Below, in pieces: positions 23,520 through 36,778 of a stretch of DNA of 64,000 bases. Numbering within the stretch: position 1 is the stretch's first letter; each line of letters starts with the position of its first letter. A program made the position numbers and the translations under genes. This DNA is from Takakia lepidozioides (taxonomy: Eukaryota; Plantae; Bryophyta): positions 2,418,001 to 2,482,000 of the forward strand of contig CM060734.1 in assembly GCA_030704615.1 (NCBI GenBank), written 5' to 3'. The notes under the pieces were generated by a model. It did no database searches. It saw only the letters and a list, made by a program, of their open reading frames with translations, and had not been told where the DNA came from.

Positions 23520-23769
23520 CACTCATATATTAAGTCGAGCCAAGTGCACCCCACACCATGGGGAATCCACACTACGGCGCCATAGCTAGACGCGGTGAAG
23601 CTCAACTCGATAAAGATGAGCCCACCGCGATATGCCGTGAAGATAACAATGCCAGGTGCCCAAACATATATTGGCCCCTGGATTGACACTTGAGTCAATC
23701 CCAAATATCAATATATCAAAACTAACTATTTTCTAGCTAGTTTCATACTAGTGGTAAAATAACTTGACA
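23520..23769 (-). repeat. LTR fragment of the PHD-Gypsy-related family
   Basis: Near-identical to 40003-40248 and ends ...AACTTGACA directly against the Copia LTR. Confidence 0.75.
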
Positions 23770-26312
23770 CCTATCTGCACTCCTCTGCCTTTTCTCTGTC
23801 TATCATGACATGAATAGCAAAAGCATCTAACAATATCCAACTTGCTATTCAAGGAGCATCAGTTACAGTGAAGTGAACAAACTCTTTAATACTCCTACTT
23901 TGTGAATTTTCATTGTTCACATAACCCTAGCTGCATTCTGCATTGTTCCAACTTCGGTCTTTAGTCCAACTTCGGTCTTGGAGCTCATGTTGTTTGGATA
24001 ACCTTTTTCCAACTTCCAGCGGAGTAGAGATTGGGTTGCAATCCTCCGTATTGAACCTCTTAAGGATCTGGCTGATGTAATGAGCCTGACTGAGTGAAAT
24101 GGTTCCTGGCACTCTATCCCTTATGATATGAATGCCTAATTGGTACTTTGCTTCCCCAAGGTCTGTCATTTGAAACTCAGAAGACAAGATCTTCTTGATC
24201 TCATTGATCTTGTCCAGTGATTTGCAAGCACGATTAGATCATCCACATATACTGCTAAGATCAAAATGCTCTCTCCACTTCCTAGAACATACACGCTATG
24301 ATCAGAATCACATCGCAGGAATCCATGTTTTGCTAGGAAATTATCAAACCTCTGGTACCAAGCTCTTGGTGCCTGCTTCAACCCGTAGAGAGTCTTGAGA
24401 AGCCTGCAAACAAGTGTTTGCTCATTCTCCTTCACTTGCAATCCCTCTGGAAGTTGCATGTAAATCTCTTCTTCGAGCTCACCATTGAGAAAGATAGTCT
24501 TTATGTCCATTTGATGTATTTCCAAATCATGGATTGCTCCAAGAACCAACAGCGTGCGAATGGAGACAAACTTAGCCACAGGAGCAAATGTTTCATTAAA
24601 ATCAATGCCTTGTGTTTGAGCATACCCCTTAGCCACTAATCTGGCTTTGTACCTCTCCACTTCTCCTCCAGCATTTCGCTTGATGCGGAAGACCCACTTA
24701 CAACCAATGGCTTGTCTTCCAGGTGGTAAGGTAGCCAATCTCCAAGTCTTGTTCTCCTTTAGGGACTTCAGCTCTTCCCTCATAGATGCTTCCCACTCTT
24801 TGGCTTGGTCTCCCATTCTTGCTTCCTTAACATTCTTGGGCTCCTCCATTTCCAAAATGTTGGCCGCTTCATCTTCAACAAAGCTTCCAAAGATCTTTGT
24901 GGGTTTTCTGATTCGCTCACATCTCCTTGGCTGCAACTCTGCCACTATAGGTTGAATGGATGGTAAGGGCTCCACTTCAGTTGCCCGTTGCTCCACTTCT
25001 CCCACTGGCTCTTGTGCTTCCAAAGGATTCCAAATCTCTAATGACAGCTCCTCCTCAAAGCTTCTTTCCGGAATCTGTTCATCAGTCTCTGGTACTTCTG
25101 TAGCTTTCTCCAATATCACTACATCCCAGCTGGTCACCATCTTTCTCTTCTCAGGATCCCATAATTTGTAGTGTTTGCCATCCCCTGAGTACCCAACAAA
25201 AATGCATCTTACACTTTTCGGCTCAAGCTTGGACCTAGGTTCTTTAGGCTTGTGCACATAAGCTACACTTCCAAAGACTTACAGATGCTTCAGTGATGGT
25301 TTTCTTCTAGACCACGCTTCCTCTGGTGTTGCCCCTATCACAGCCTTGGTGGGGCATCTATTCTTGATGTAAGCAGCTGTCGCAACTGCTTCTGCCCAAA
25401 ACATGTATCCAAGACTCTCATGATGTAGCATACACATAGCACTTTCAATCATAGTTCTATTCATCCTCTCAGCAACCCCATTCTGTTGAGGAGTATATGG
25501 TGCAGTGAACTGCTGATGAATTCCCTCTTGCTTACAGTACTGATGAAAATTACCAGAAATGTATTCTCCTCCGTTATCACTTCTGAGTTGCTTGAGCTTG
25601 CACTCACTTGAAGTTTGCTCATATTGAGCCTCCAACTTATCCCATGTCTCTTTAGCAGTTGTAGCTGTACGCACGTGCATCAATTCAGAGTCCTGTAAAC
25701 TTAGAACAACTAAGGCCTGTGCCCTCTGATCCATCTCATCATACTGCAACCTATTTACAACATCACTTTTTGAAGGTCTATGCTCAGTGCCCTTTACTAT
25801 GTTCCAAAGTTTTCACCATGGACATCTTGAACTTCCATAGATGAAAGTTGTCACCACCAAATTTTGGGAGTGACGTCTGTAGGAGCTTTGACACTAACTC
25901 ATCTGGACCCTGTGGGCCCATAACCTGTTGACCTAAATTCTTCTTAAAGCTGGTGCTTGCACCAGAAGTCATGATGACTTAACTTCAAGATTTTCACAGG
26001 AGGAAAGACGATGAGTACTCCAGCATACAACTATGCTAACTATATAGAAACAAAGACAAAGACAGGTTTCTGGAGAGACACACTTTATTCGAGAGAGAGA
26101 TTGAAAGAGATTAATTCAATGGCCTGAAGTGCCTACTTAAATACACAAACCTCAACTTTAGATATTTCTATTTGAAGTCCTAGTGCTATTCCTATCTGCA
26201 CTCCTCTGCCTTTTCTCTGTCTGTCATGACATGAATTGCAAAAGCATATAACATTATCCAACTTGCTGTTCAGGGAGCATCAGTTACACTGAAGTGAACT
26301 AACTGTCTAACA
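23770..26312 (-). mobile_element. Internally deleted Ty1/Copia LTR retrotransposon
   Basis: 5' LTR 25926-26312 (TG...CA). Truncated 3' LTR 23770-23891 repeats 26191-26312. PBS GGTTATGGGCCCA at 25913-25925 on the minus strand. Integrase lies before RT. Confidence 0.92.
23927..25900 (-). pseudogene. Copia gag/integrase/RT remnants
   Basis: FGGDNFHLWKFKM (gag); LRSDNGGEY, PQQNGVAER (IN); GCKWVF, YKARLVAKG, YVDD (RT). Protease and RNase H are missing. Confidence 0.92.
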
Positions 26313-26690
26313 AGTTAGACAGTTTTGGAAGTTGTGGACACAGATTGTTATAATTCAGCTGCAAAACAATACATCATGGTCAGATGAGCCAGAGAGCCGT
26401 GACCAGAGTGAGTGTGTGAGTGTGTGTAGGAGCTAGAAGATAGAGTTATTTCTCAATGGTAGATTAGTCCTGCGATGTTGCAATGTAATGTTTACGAATG
26501 AATAGAAGAAAACAAGGGAAAGAAGGAAATTCAATTCAATCTATTTTATGTAAGAAATGGAATGATGAAATGTGGATCAAGTTCTGAATGCAATGATTGA
26601 AGAATTATGATTGTGTGAGATGGTGAGAATGTGCAAGATTGGTGGAGATGAGAATTCTAGGCAATTGGGTTGAGTGATATTCCGTTGTCT

Positions 26691-26975
26691 CTACACCTGA
26701 GGAAATACTCCCGTAGGGATGCAATGTTCATTCGCGTCTCCATTGCAACAGAAGTCATCTAAGAAAATAACCAAATTCTTTCTCACGATGTCCGAGAAAG
26801 CATACTTCATAACCCGCGGGAAAGTCCACAAACCAAAGGGCATTCTGGTGTCGGCGAGTGTCCCCCATGGCGATGTGAATGTGGTTTTTAACACATCTTT
26901 CGGGTCAATACCTGATTGTAGCCCAAGAATCCATCCATGAAAGAGTAGAGCTCTTTCCCTGCTACTTCTTCCACT
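26691..26975 (-). pseudogene. Gypsy RT fragment
   Basis: KTTFTSPWGT...RMPFGL...VIFLDDF, plus the upstream YSFMDGFLGYNQ segment. Confidence 0.8.
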
Positions 26976-29585
26976 AACGTATCGATGAAGGGCAAAGGAA
27001 AATGATCATGGGTTGTGTTGCGCGCTGCTCCAGTGAAGTCAAGGCGGGCAACTCGAGCAAGGCGGGTAGCTTGTAGAATCCAGCAGCTGCTTCTGATGCA
27101 GAGGCGGCGGGCAGATTGGCCAGTCCCAGCGGCGGGGACAGGGTCTTGAGAATCTTGCTTGCGTGATCATAAAAGCTTGCCAAGTTAGCTCCCAAGTTTT
27201 GGGCAATAGTGTCCTGAAGCAATATCATGTAGGTATGGTTTGATTCCTGCTGTGCTGCCATGGTGAGCGCGACCCTAGATTCTATAGCTCCGAGGTCACT
27301 CTTGATTTCAGATTTGATGGAGATCGCCTGAGCTGCCAATTTTTTGTCAATTTCTGACATCATTGCTTCGTGGCCTTGCTGGAAACTCTTGTCTGTCTTG
27401 ATACTGAGGGATTGGACAGTGTTCAAACTGCTATAATTGTGCAGTTTAAGTAGATGACTGCAACACTTCGATAACCTTATTAAGCAGTAGCCTGCTCTAA
27501 TTGAAGTGATTTTCCTCCAAGTATGTCAAAGGTTGTCTCTACATTGGAGTGAAAAGGCCTGTCACTAAGATTTGGCCAGGCTGGATCGCAGGCTTGAATC
27601 AAGGTAGTATCTCCACCTTCTGCTTTTCAAAGAAGACCGACAAGAAGTATTCTGGCTCTCAGGTATATGTGAGGACACTATGCAGGACTAACAAGAAGAT
27701 CCTGCTTATTGCAAATCAACAATGCATACAGACTCCAATACTCATGTCCATGTCTGGCAGGCATGACAATCTACATGAACAACCTTGCAGAGGGTACAGT
27801 CTACCCTCTATATATCTTACACCTCCAGAGTAGAGAAAATGTAACACACAGATATTTAACATCATAACAGATATAAAATAAGAGTCTTTCAAAAATCGCA
27901 CTTAGAGAAGGAACAATTATACAAGCTTGAGAACAGGCATCTAACACTTAAATAGTTTGAATGATCCCCTTGGTAAGTAAAATTAAAGAGCTGACTTACA
28001 GGTTTAATTGATATATGTCATGATGTCTCATGACATTGAACCATGTTGTCTTGTTATACATCTATACATATATGCATTTGAAGAAAATTAACACTCATTA
28101 AGGGTCATTTAGTAAAGGAGGGAGTAAACAAACATCGTAACACATAGCGCTAAACACTTTCTTTGTAAAATCTTTGAGAGTGAAAAAAAGATAAGAGTTA
28201 AAGAGGGTTAGTAGATATGGAGGGTAGACTGTAAACAGTTGCCGGCTTCGTAATTAACAGTGGATTCAAGCCAGACATCAGTAATCAACACCCTTGGCAA
28301 AATGTGTGCCTAGTATAGGGGTGGTGGATACAGGCAAAGTGTTTGACACATTTCCAGGTTGGATTATCATGGGACTCTGCTGTCAATGAAGGAGGATTTG
28401 ACCGACCCCCAACCCAATGGACCTCCTTCATGTGCGTAAGTCTGCAGTTTGAAATCCTAGCATGGTATTATAGTACAAAACATATCAACCACAACCTCAC
28501 ATAAGTCCGCATATGACCACCAAGCTCCCAAGCATCTATCAAATACACGCACCTACTCAAAAACCTGTTTTGTAACACCTAGTGTAAACAACGGTAACGT
28601 CTGCTTTTGCTTTGCTTGTAACTCAAACAAAATCGCCATCAACCTAAACAACTGGAGATATATGGCCAATGAAATGGCAGGGCAGAAAACAAAAAGGCCA
28701 TATACAAATTTCAGGAAGTACTAAAAAAGAGGACAAGGATGTCACTTCCTCTACAGCCCTGTAGCTGAATTTAACAACATCGGTGGTGTCTCCTTGGACG
28801 GATCAAGGACAATACGAATCCTGTATGGCTTCTCTCCCAACAAGTGTAGACACCCACATGTCTCCTGGTACGTACCCCTACCTTCTTGGATCAGCTTCCC
28901 TGCAAGCTGGAAATCTGCCATAGCCGTCGCCTACATTGCCAAGGTGGACGCCCGCTTCCGCTCCAAGGCCTGCACCGCTTTCCGCTGATCTCCACAGCGA
29001 CAGGCACGAACTTGACTCGTGTATCTCATCTGCCATCAACCCACTGCCTCAGAAACAAGTGCGAGCTTTTCTCTCAGATACTTCATCCATTCATTTTGTC
29101 ATTTATCCTTTTGATCATCCATCCTCTATCCCTAAGTTCATGGGATTTAAATTTGCAGGATCAGATGCAGACTGGCGTGTCCACACTCTGTACGTCCACT
29201 TTCCGCTTGTCCATATCTTTGATTCGTTAGTTCACCGTCCGTCCAGTCTGATTTTCTGTCCATGAGCAAAAGTTAAAATTTAAACAAGGAGTAAATTTAA
29301 ACCAAACATTGCGGCTATTTGCTCGATAGGTTCCGTTCGTTCTAGTTTTCGTTCATTTATCGTTCGTCTCTGGCTCTTTTGCTCGTTGCAAAAAGAGAGA
29401 GAGAGGGGTGGGATAGAGAGGAGTGACAGGGCAGCGGGGCATGGTTGTCTGACCCACCATTCCTCCAATCTCTGTATAAAATTGCAGCGCAGTTTGAAGT
29501 ATAAGCTTCTTAATCTGCAGCTCCTGTGGGGTTGTTGCGGGAGACAGAGAATAGAGAGAGAAAGAAGAGCAGAGAGAGGGATGTA

Positions 29586-32500
29586 ATGGGTAGCATATCT
29601 GCCTGGCCCTGCCTGTGCGTAGCTAACAGAAATGAGACAGGGCCCGCTCACAATTTCTTGAAATCCTTGGGTAAGCAGGCTTCAGCACCTTCTCCGTCTC
29701 GCCCATCTGCGTCACGCTTAAGATCATTCTCTGAAGCACGCTGTCAGAAAAGAATCAACAGGGAGCAAGAGGCATCACGAGAGCAGCGCGTCTTGCTCCG
29801 GGTGTCCAATTCTGAAGCAGGTTGCAAACAAAATGCGCACTTCAGAGGGCCTGGGCGAAGGAGGAGGGGAAATTTCACCTCAAAACTACAAACTGGATTA
29901 AGTGGTCTCGTGGATGGAGACTCAGGGGCATTGGACAGGAGGTTAGGCACTCAACCATTGTGTCTTGCGTTTGAGCATGCTGGGAAGCTTCTTGACGTTG
30001 CGAGTCTTTCATCCAGAAAATGGTACGCGAATGCTTGGGTGATGGGTGGCAAACTGAGAGTAAATCATTATAGAAGCAAATTCTATGAAACGAATAGAGC
30101 TCGAATATCAATTTTGAGATTGGTGGGTGGCATCACTGTTGGGTTGCCAGTATGGATGCGAAATCCTGTCAGCAACGGGTGTGCCAATTATCTAGTATTA
30201 AGGTCCAAATGGTTCCTGTTGGGAATTGGGCGCCGGAGCTCCGTGAGTGAGATAGTGTGGCATGTGCCCCAATATTCCAGAGCTTACAGGGGAAGTCGTG
30301 GGTTTTCAAGACAGTGGGGCTTCAGGAGATTTCAAAGGTCAAGCATGAGACAGTGCATTCCTGGATTATGGAAAGAGAAGCGAATCAGTTTCTGGCTCAT
30401 AGACTTGGCGGATTTTTGGGGCTTGTTAGGAAGTGAGACTGGGAATGTTGTGTCATCTTCAGGCAAGCCAGCTGCTTCAGCTCCTGGAAGCAGGCAGTTT
30501 GTGATGAGTAATGAGGGGGGGGAGATACAAGTTCTGGATGGGACTAGAGAGGGCAGTGCTCTACAAAGAGACAAAGAACCTAAGCCTGATTCAGAAGAGG
30601 TGACTGACCGCCCTCTGGATACAGAGAGAAGGGATGAAATAGAGGAGGGCAAAGTAAGGGACACAACGGAAACAATTGTGGGAGAAGAGAAAGAAGATGT
30701 TGCTGGGAGCCCGGATACAATCAGCATTGCGGAAGCAGCTATGGCCGCAACCTTTGCAGTGGAAGCTTCGACGAAAGACTTAGTTGAAGCTACTGAAGCT
30801 GCATTTGGGGCATACTGGAAGAGGGAAAATGGCCCTCAAAGCTCACAAAGTGAGAGGGACATACCTGAGGAGGATAACAGGGATAGGATGGAGAGGACAA
30901 AAACAGGCCTGGATGATGAAAGGTTTCGAAGGAGGGTAGCTATGGTAGGTGATGCAGATTCTGCACTTTCTATGATAGCTGAAAGGTCTGGTAGGGGAGA
31001 AGGTGTAGTAAGCAATGAGGAGTGCTTGGACCTTATAAGTGCTGCACTGGCAGAGAACAACAGCGACCTTGCATATTCAATTTTGAATGCTATGCGCAGC
31101 AGCCTTGTACAACGGCGTGTTGACCGAGAAGGTGTGTACCAGAAGCTGGACATGAGAACGTCTCATAAGACTTTTGTTGTAGCCTTGTGGCCATAGACCC
31201 CGCGCCCAGTTTGGGGGAACATGAGAGAGAGAATGTACTCATAAGACATTGTTTGCCGTAGCCGTGTAGCCATAGACCCTGCGCCCAGTGGAACAGAATG
31301 GAACAGGTACTGCCTTTGTGATGGGCTCATTCCGGTAGTGTGACTTACCTTGATAGAGACTATTAGTTCGGGTTTTCCAGCTATCCTCTAGAAAGCCCTT
31401 CACACAAGCATCAACTTGCTGTGTGTGAGCTGCCCAGCAATTAGATCCCAACAGGGCCAGGGCTTTAGGCTCAGCCTCAAGATTTTGAAAGTTGGTGAAC
31501 AGAGGTGCAGGGACAATGTGCTTGATTGTCCTGAAGACTGTCACTCTCTGTTGAGAATTTCCTGGACAATGTATCAGAAAATGGATATTGTCTTCAGGCT
31601 GCCCGCACATTGGGCAATTACAATCTCCTCTTCCTTTCTGCATCTGACTATTGTTCAAAGGTAGGCTTCTCGGCCTGAGTTTAAAATCCCAGTCTTGTGC
31701 CAAGGGTAGGTAGACCCTTGAGATCATCCTTAAGGTCCTCACCCATGTCACAGACTGGAACAAGTTAAGGGAAGTTTTATGCCTAACTTCATTTTCATTG
31801 GACAGTCTTTGGGCACTAGACATGGCTTTGGACACAACCCCCTCCAGGTCTGCTTCATCCATTAGGGTCAATGCTTCTGGACTAATATTCAGATACTTGA
31901 AAATCTCTTAAACCCTTTTCCGCCATGACTTGGCCTGTTGAAGAGGACGGTCTTGCTTCCGAGAAATAGCGTCAATTATCTTATAGGTTATCTGGTATTG
32001 GACATGCGATTCAACTGACCCCACCATTCATCACGTTGAGAGCTTAAGGGAGGTATGCCAAACTCACCCCCAACAGCCACATTAGCTGTTCGAGAACAAA
32101 CCGACATGCTTTCTTTGAGCACCATGAACATGAGAGAGAGAGTGAGAAAGAGAGAGATTTCTATAGGAGGAGGTAACCTATGTCACCATGAAAGTTGGGG
32201 CAGTGTTATAGTACTGATTTGTGTGTGCAGAGAGGACAGGTGGCAGTGAGGCAGCATGGGGCTGGCAATGGGCGCAGTATGATGTGTCCACATATGCAGC
32301 GTTGGTGAGAGGGCTGGCAGCTTCATTGCGTGTGGCAGATGCCATTGAAACGGTGGCTGATGTTCGCCGTCGTGGAATTCCTGCCGGAGATGAGGTATAT
32401 TTGAAACCTCTAGGAACAAGAAGAACAACCATGATTCAAAAACAGGCTTTGCAATTTGGGAAATTAAAGGAGTGTTGCCAATTCACTTAGAGACCAATCA

Positions 32501-35500
32501 TACTACCCCATGCATGTATGTCTTTTGGCTCTATAACCACATGGCCGCAGATTGAAGGTGGGTTGTTACCTTGCTTCCAAGCATCCCTCTGACATGGGTT
32601 TCAGATGTTGCGATGCAGGTTCCTTTTGGCAAGGTGGTGAGCTGCCCCACTTGCAAGACAGCTCTAGCAGTTGTTCAACCCCAGCAAGGTGTTCAGGTGT
32701 GGTTTCACAGAAAAACTCATATCTTTATGTGGATTTTGCATGTTTTCTACTCATACGCAAGGGGACACCTGGTTGCTTGCCTTGTAGGGCTCTCCGATTG
32801 TTTACTTTCCACCATAAAACTGCGCACTTGCTTGGAAGCCGCGGGGAGCTATATTACTCGTGGGCTGCATGTAGTGGGAAGGAGAGTTTTGTGAATACAT
32901 AGCATGATCATAAGTTTGCTGTGGGGGCGGGGGCAGGTGGTTCCATGCGCAAAGTGTCGATATCAGTATGAGCTAATGTCTGGCACTGTTGTCAATAGTG
33001 AATCAGAGTCCATCAGGTTTGCTACTTTCTCAGTCAAGCTTACCTTCTCACTTGTCTTGTGATGTCAATCAGTAAATCTCAACTTTCAGAATCTTGCCAT
33101 TTCTGAACACATGTGGCAGTATGGCTCTTGACTCTTCATGAAAAGAGTTCTGTGGGTTCCTAATTTGTGGCTTTTTCTATCATTGAGAGTGGTCTACACT
33201 ATCTCTGCAAAGGTTCAGCTGTGTGGATGGGGGAAATAACGCGTGCCCCCTTGGCATGTGTAGCATGAACATCTCTGCATTTGAGCGGGGTTTAAGAGTG
33301 CTGCAGTTGCTACAGCGGCCTGTTCCTGCTGCTGTGCACTCCATTGTGGTATACTATCTTGCTACGACCTCCTATAAAAGACATCAGTTTGTGAGTTTGG
33401 GAGATTAAAAGGGGAGGGAAGTGAAGGGAGGATCGATGATGGTGGGAACTTAAGAGATTGATGTATGCCATTGTCGCTCTCCCTTTTCCAAAGCTAGATC
33501 AAAATACTCCTCTGCCTAGAAGTTCTGGGGCGAACTCAAAAACAGTTATGTATCTGGCAAGGGGAACAGGTTCGTGCCCCAGATGGGCTAGCTCGCACTC
33601 ATCGGTGTGCAACGGAATCTGCCGACATCCCAGCTCAAGAAGGAGAACGTGTGACCGTGGCATCAGCAGCTCCTGCAGATGCAGGGTGTGGGATTGGCCC
33701 CCTTAAAGTGAGCGCAAGAACACCCGGGTGGCGACCCAGTGAACCAATGGCAATCACCAATCACGTGACCGGACGGGTTTCGTCTCTCTGCCGAGCCCCC
33801 CCTAAGTTGGGGACGGGGGCAGCATTTGACACCTCTATTATTGTTCCCACGGCCTTCCTTTTGGCGAGTAGTGATGCAGCAACTGCTCTTATTGATCCTA
33901 CACTTCCCCGCTTGATTGCTGTCGGACTTGCTTCTGCTGTTGCGATTGGGGGTGTTACCAATACCTTTGTATTGCCTCGTCTCAATCAGGTACAGCTTCA
34001 TTCATGTGTACCAGCATCACTTGTTCAAGGTGGATATATTATTCTACCTCTTTCCATCTGCACTAGTTCTTCAACTAGATCTTCTGTTGGCTTGACACTG
34101 TCTTGGAGAGTGAAAGGGGCAGCAGCTAATATGGATGGTTGGATGGGGGCAGTTGCCGCAACGAACGGTCAATGCGACAGCATTGAGGCAACAGCTTTTG
34201 GCACAACATGAGTCAGTGCAGGCCCGCCTCGAGGACTTGACTCAAGCTGCTGCTGCTGATGTACTGCACTTTCTAGTACCTGTTTTTCCATGGTGAAGAC
34301 TGCTGGAAGGAGATACTATAAGTTTCAGATAGAACCTATACGTGGAAATCAATGAAACAGTAAAATAGGTGGAAGAGAGAGAATCTGCTTTGGTCATTGG
34401 AGGTGGTAGTGTCCTGCTAGGGCATTGAGGAAATACAAGGCCAAGTTTAAAAGATGTGGCTTAAACTGTTTGGTGTCCTATGCTGCGAAGGTGCGGATGC
34501 TGGCCCGCATGTGCCAATTGCAGAACAAGATGGAGGCTGTGGGCGAGCCTGCTTACAGGTAGAGCTTGGTCATACTTAAGCACGCTGCCCCAAGTCCATC
34601 TTCAAGTCATCTTAGAGCTCAATCCCTCTCTGTTTTGGGTGTGAGTGCTATTTTTCCTCATTAATGTGAGTGGTAGTGCCACCACCACCATTGCCGTGTC
34701 ACATCTGTTGCGACCAAGGAGGGCCAGAATCAACCCCACGCTTTCCGTCTCTGTCATAGCAGCCCAGAACTTGACACTCAATTCCTCGTAACTGGGTTTC
34801 TCTGGGCGGCGGTTCACTAACAGTATACCCTGGTTGACCTTCAAGAGGGTAGTAGTATTCTGAAGGTAACCGCCTTCGAGGGTATGTGATCGCAAACATT
34901 CTCAGGAATGGTCAATGAGTTTATTCTTTTTACCCGTCGGAAGAACATCAAGTGAATGGACTCTCTAGGACCGTGGACCTGCTGATAATTAATCAAACTT
35001 TGACCACCTCTGGAACTTGTTGGCTGTGAGTCACTTAAGAACTGCCATGGATTGCAGTGCACGCATTGAGAGGGTACTCAAGGCTAGAGAAGGTGTAGAC
35101 GAGCGGCTGGCAGCTCGGTTGGAGCTCATTGACAGCTATGCCAAGGTAAGCCGTATCAGGCTGGCATCACTACTCAGAGAATTCAAACATCAGCCTTGGC
35201 ATTAAAAATCTGCCTATCTATTTTGCCATCTGGGTGCAAAAGAACTGGCAGTTTTGCAGCTTCAATTAACAACATTTGCAGTTTTTGCCATATATGTGCT
35301 CAAGTCCGTTATCAGTTGAGGATTCGTGGATCATTCTTTGCGAGACGTGCTGGAGGCGAAACTCTTTTATGAGACAGTACTTTGTTGCATGTGTCACTTG
35401 AAATAGACCATCTGGGATTACAAGATGCCATGTTTGGGGTGCAGATCGCATCCATGATTGAGATTGAGGTGGAGATGGATGTCGATGTGCTTGCTGCTGA

Positions 35501-36459
35501 GGCTGCTGGGGCTGCGGTAGGCCTGGTTCTGCTCTGGGCTTGTATTGTCCTTTCTTGCAATGTCTGTGACATTGAACATCAAGTCACCGGCAAAGACAGC
35601 TCAATTTGTCACTTCTGTGGTGTCCGTTATTCTTGTTGTAGTTCACGACTTTTCACATGTGACAGCGTTATCATCTGGTGATGGGGGCAGGCTGGCATTG
35701 CTGAGCAAATCGAGCAGCTGATGGAAGTCGATGATCTTCAAAAGGTACTGCCTGGTCTCTCTGTGCTGCAGTGTATTGTGCTTCAGAATTACAGCATGAA
35801 TGACTGCCGCAGTCATTCATGGCAATGAGAGAGCACCCCTGGTTTCTCTGAGCCCTAGTTGTCAATTTGGAGATCCAATTTGACTTGCCTCTATTTCGTT
35901 AGAAAACTAGTTCGATACTACTGAGACACACTCTTTCTCCAGAGATTGCCCTTGGGTTTCAGTGAGGTGTTGGCCAGCTAGTGCAGCACTGCTGTGTGGT
36001 GACTACAGGGAGAGGAATTGTGACTAGATGTTGTAATAAGCTTGCACGCCTTGTAAGTGATGGTAGATGGGTACATGAATGCGAAATGGAAACCAAATCA
36101 AGGCCATATTACAGAAGTGAAAGCACACCTGATCTATGCTACTGAGCTCAATGAAAAGGGTAAGGATCTTCGCACAGTAATGACTGCAATGGCAACCTGG
36201 CAACTGTGCTTTTGGGTCAGCATCATAAGGCTACAGGCCTATGGCTTGGGCCAAGGACTACATGCAACCTAGAATCCTAGTAGGCTTTAAACATGCAAGA
36301 AATCATCAGACACACTTGTGATTTCTGTATCTAGGAAGAAGACATCAGAAAACAGATGTGGATTGCATTGGGTGGCAGGCATGGCAGATACAAGCAGAGG
36401 CTAGTGATGAAGTGGAGCGATTGCTACGGTCAGCGCCCCTCTTGCCCGAGTCTGCTTAA
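29586..36459 (+). CDS. Host gene: plastid-targeted PPR-superfamily protein resembling Arabidopsis At1g64430; 12 exons (29586-31131, 32231-32394, 32619-32696, 32937-33016, 33264-33348, 33570-33989, 34153-34260, 34491-34558, 35058-35145, 35445-35516, 35691-35744, 36379-36459)
   Basis: GT-AG junctions join in frame to give WQWAQYDVSTYAALVRGLAASLRV, EVPFGKVVSCPTC, PCAKCRYQYEL, AAVHSIVV, LPAQEGERVT, RMCQLQNK, MIEIEVEMD and QAEASDEVERLL, which I recognise from memory as this family. Exon 1 may contain an additional in-frame intron, 29821-30429. Confidence 0.88.
31233..32125 (-). mobile_element. 5'-truncated non-LTR retrotransposon (LINE) 3' end in host intron
   Basis: ORF 31239..31871 carries the C-terminal CPMC...EDNIHFLIHCP zinc knuckle; flanked by direct repeat GAACATGAGAGAGAGA (31217 and 32126). 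Confidence 0.8.
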
Positions 36460-36778
36460 CCTGAAGCCAGTGCTGGACAGCTTCTCTTTCGTCACAGTGG
36501 CTTCCTTGTAATCTACACTTGGCGAGCAATGCCTATGCACCGCAGTCCGGCGCATTCTGTGGAAGATGCACAATTGTGCTCAGATGCCTTGTAGCTCAGA
36601 CATGAAGAGGATTAGTTTAGCTTGAACTGCTTTGTAATCTGTGTGAAATAAACCCAAAAATCTCAATTGTCTGCTGTGATAAAGTATAATTTTGTTGATA
36701 GACCATTTCGTTGAGCCAGCCCAACTCCGCCATCGTACAGCCATATGCAGTGTCATCGGTTCACCAGTCGCAAACGGT

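Noticed and set aside
26974-29265. ORFs 26974..27426 and 28794..29265 as genes
   Set aside because: No recognisable motif or gene structure; probably decayed TE fragments that I cannot classify.
29526-31196. Single-exon 556-aa gene
   Set aside because: It is exon 1 read through into intron 1; the first ATG is at 29586 and a donor at 31132 joins the conserved downstream exons.
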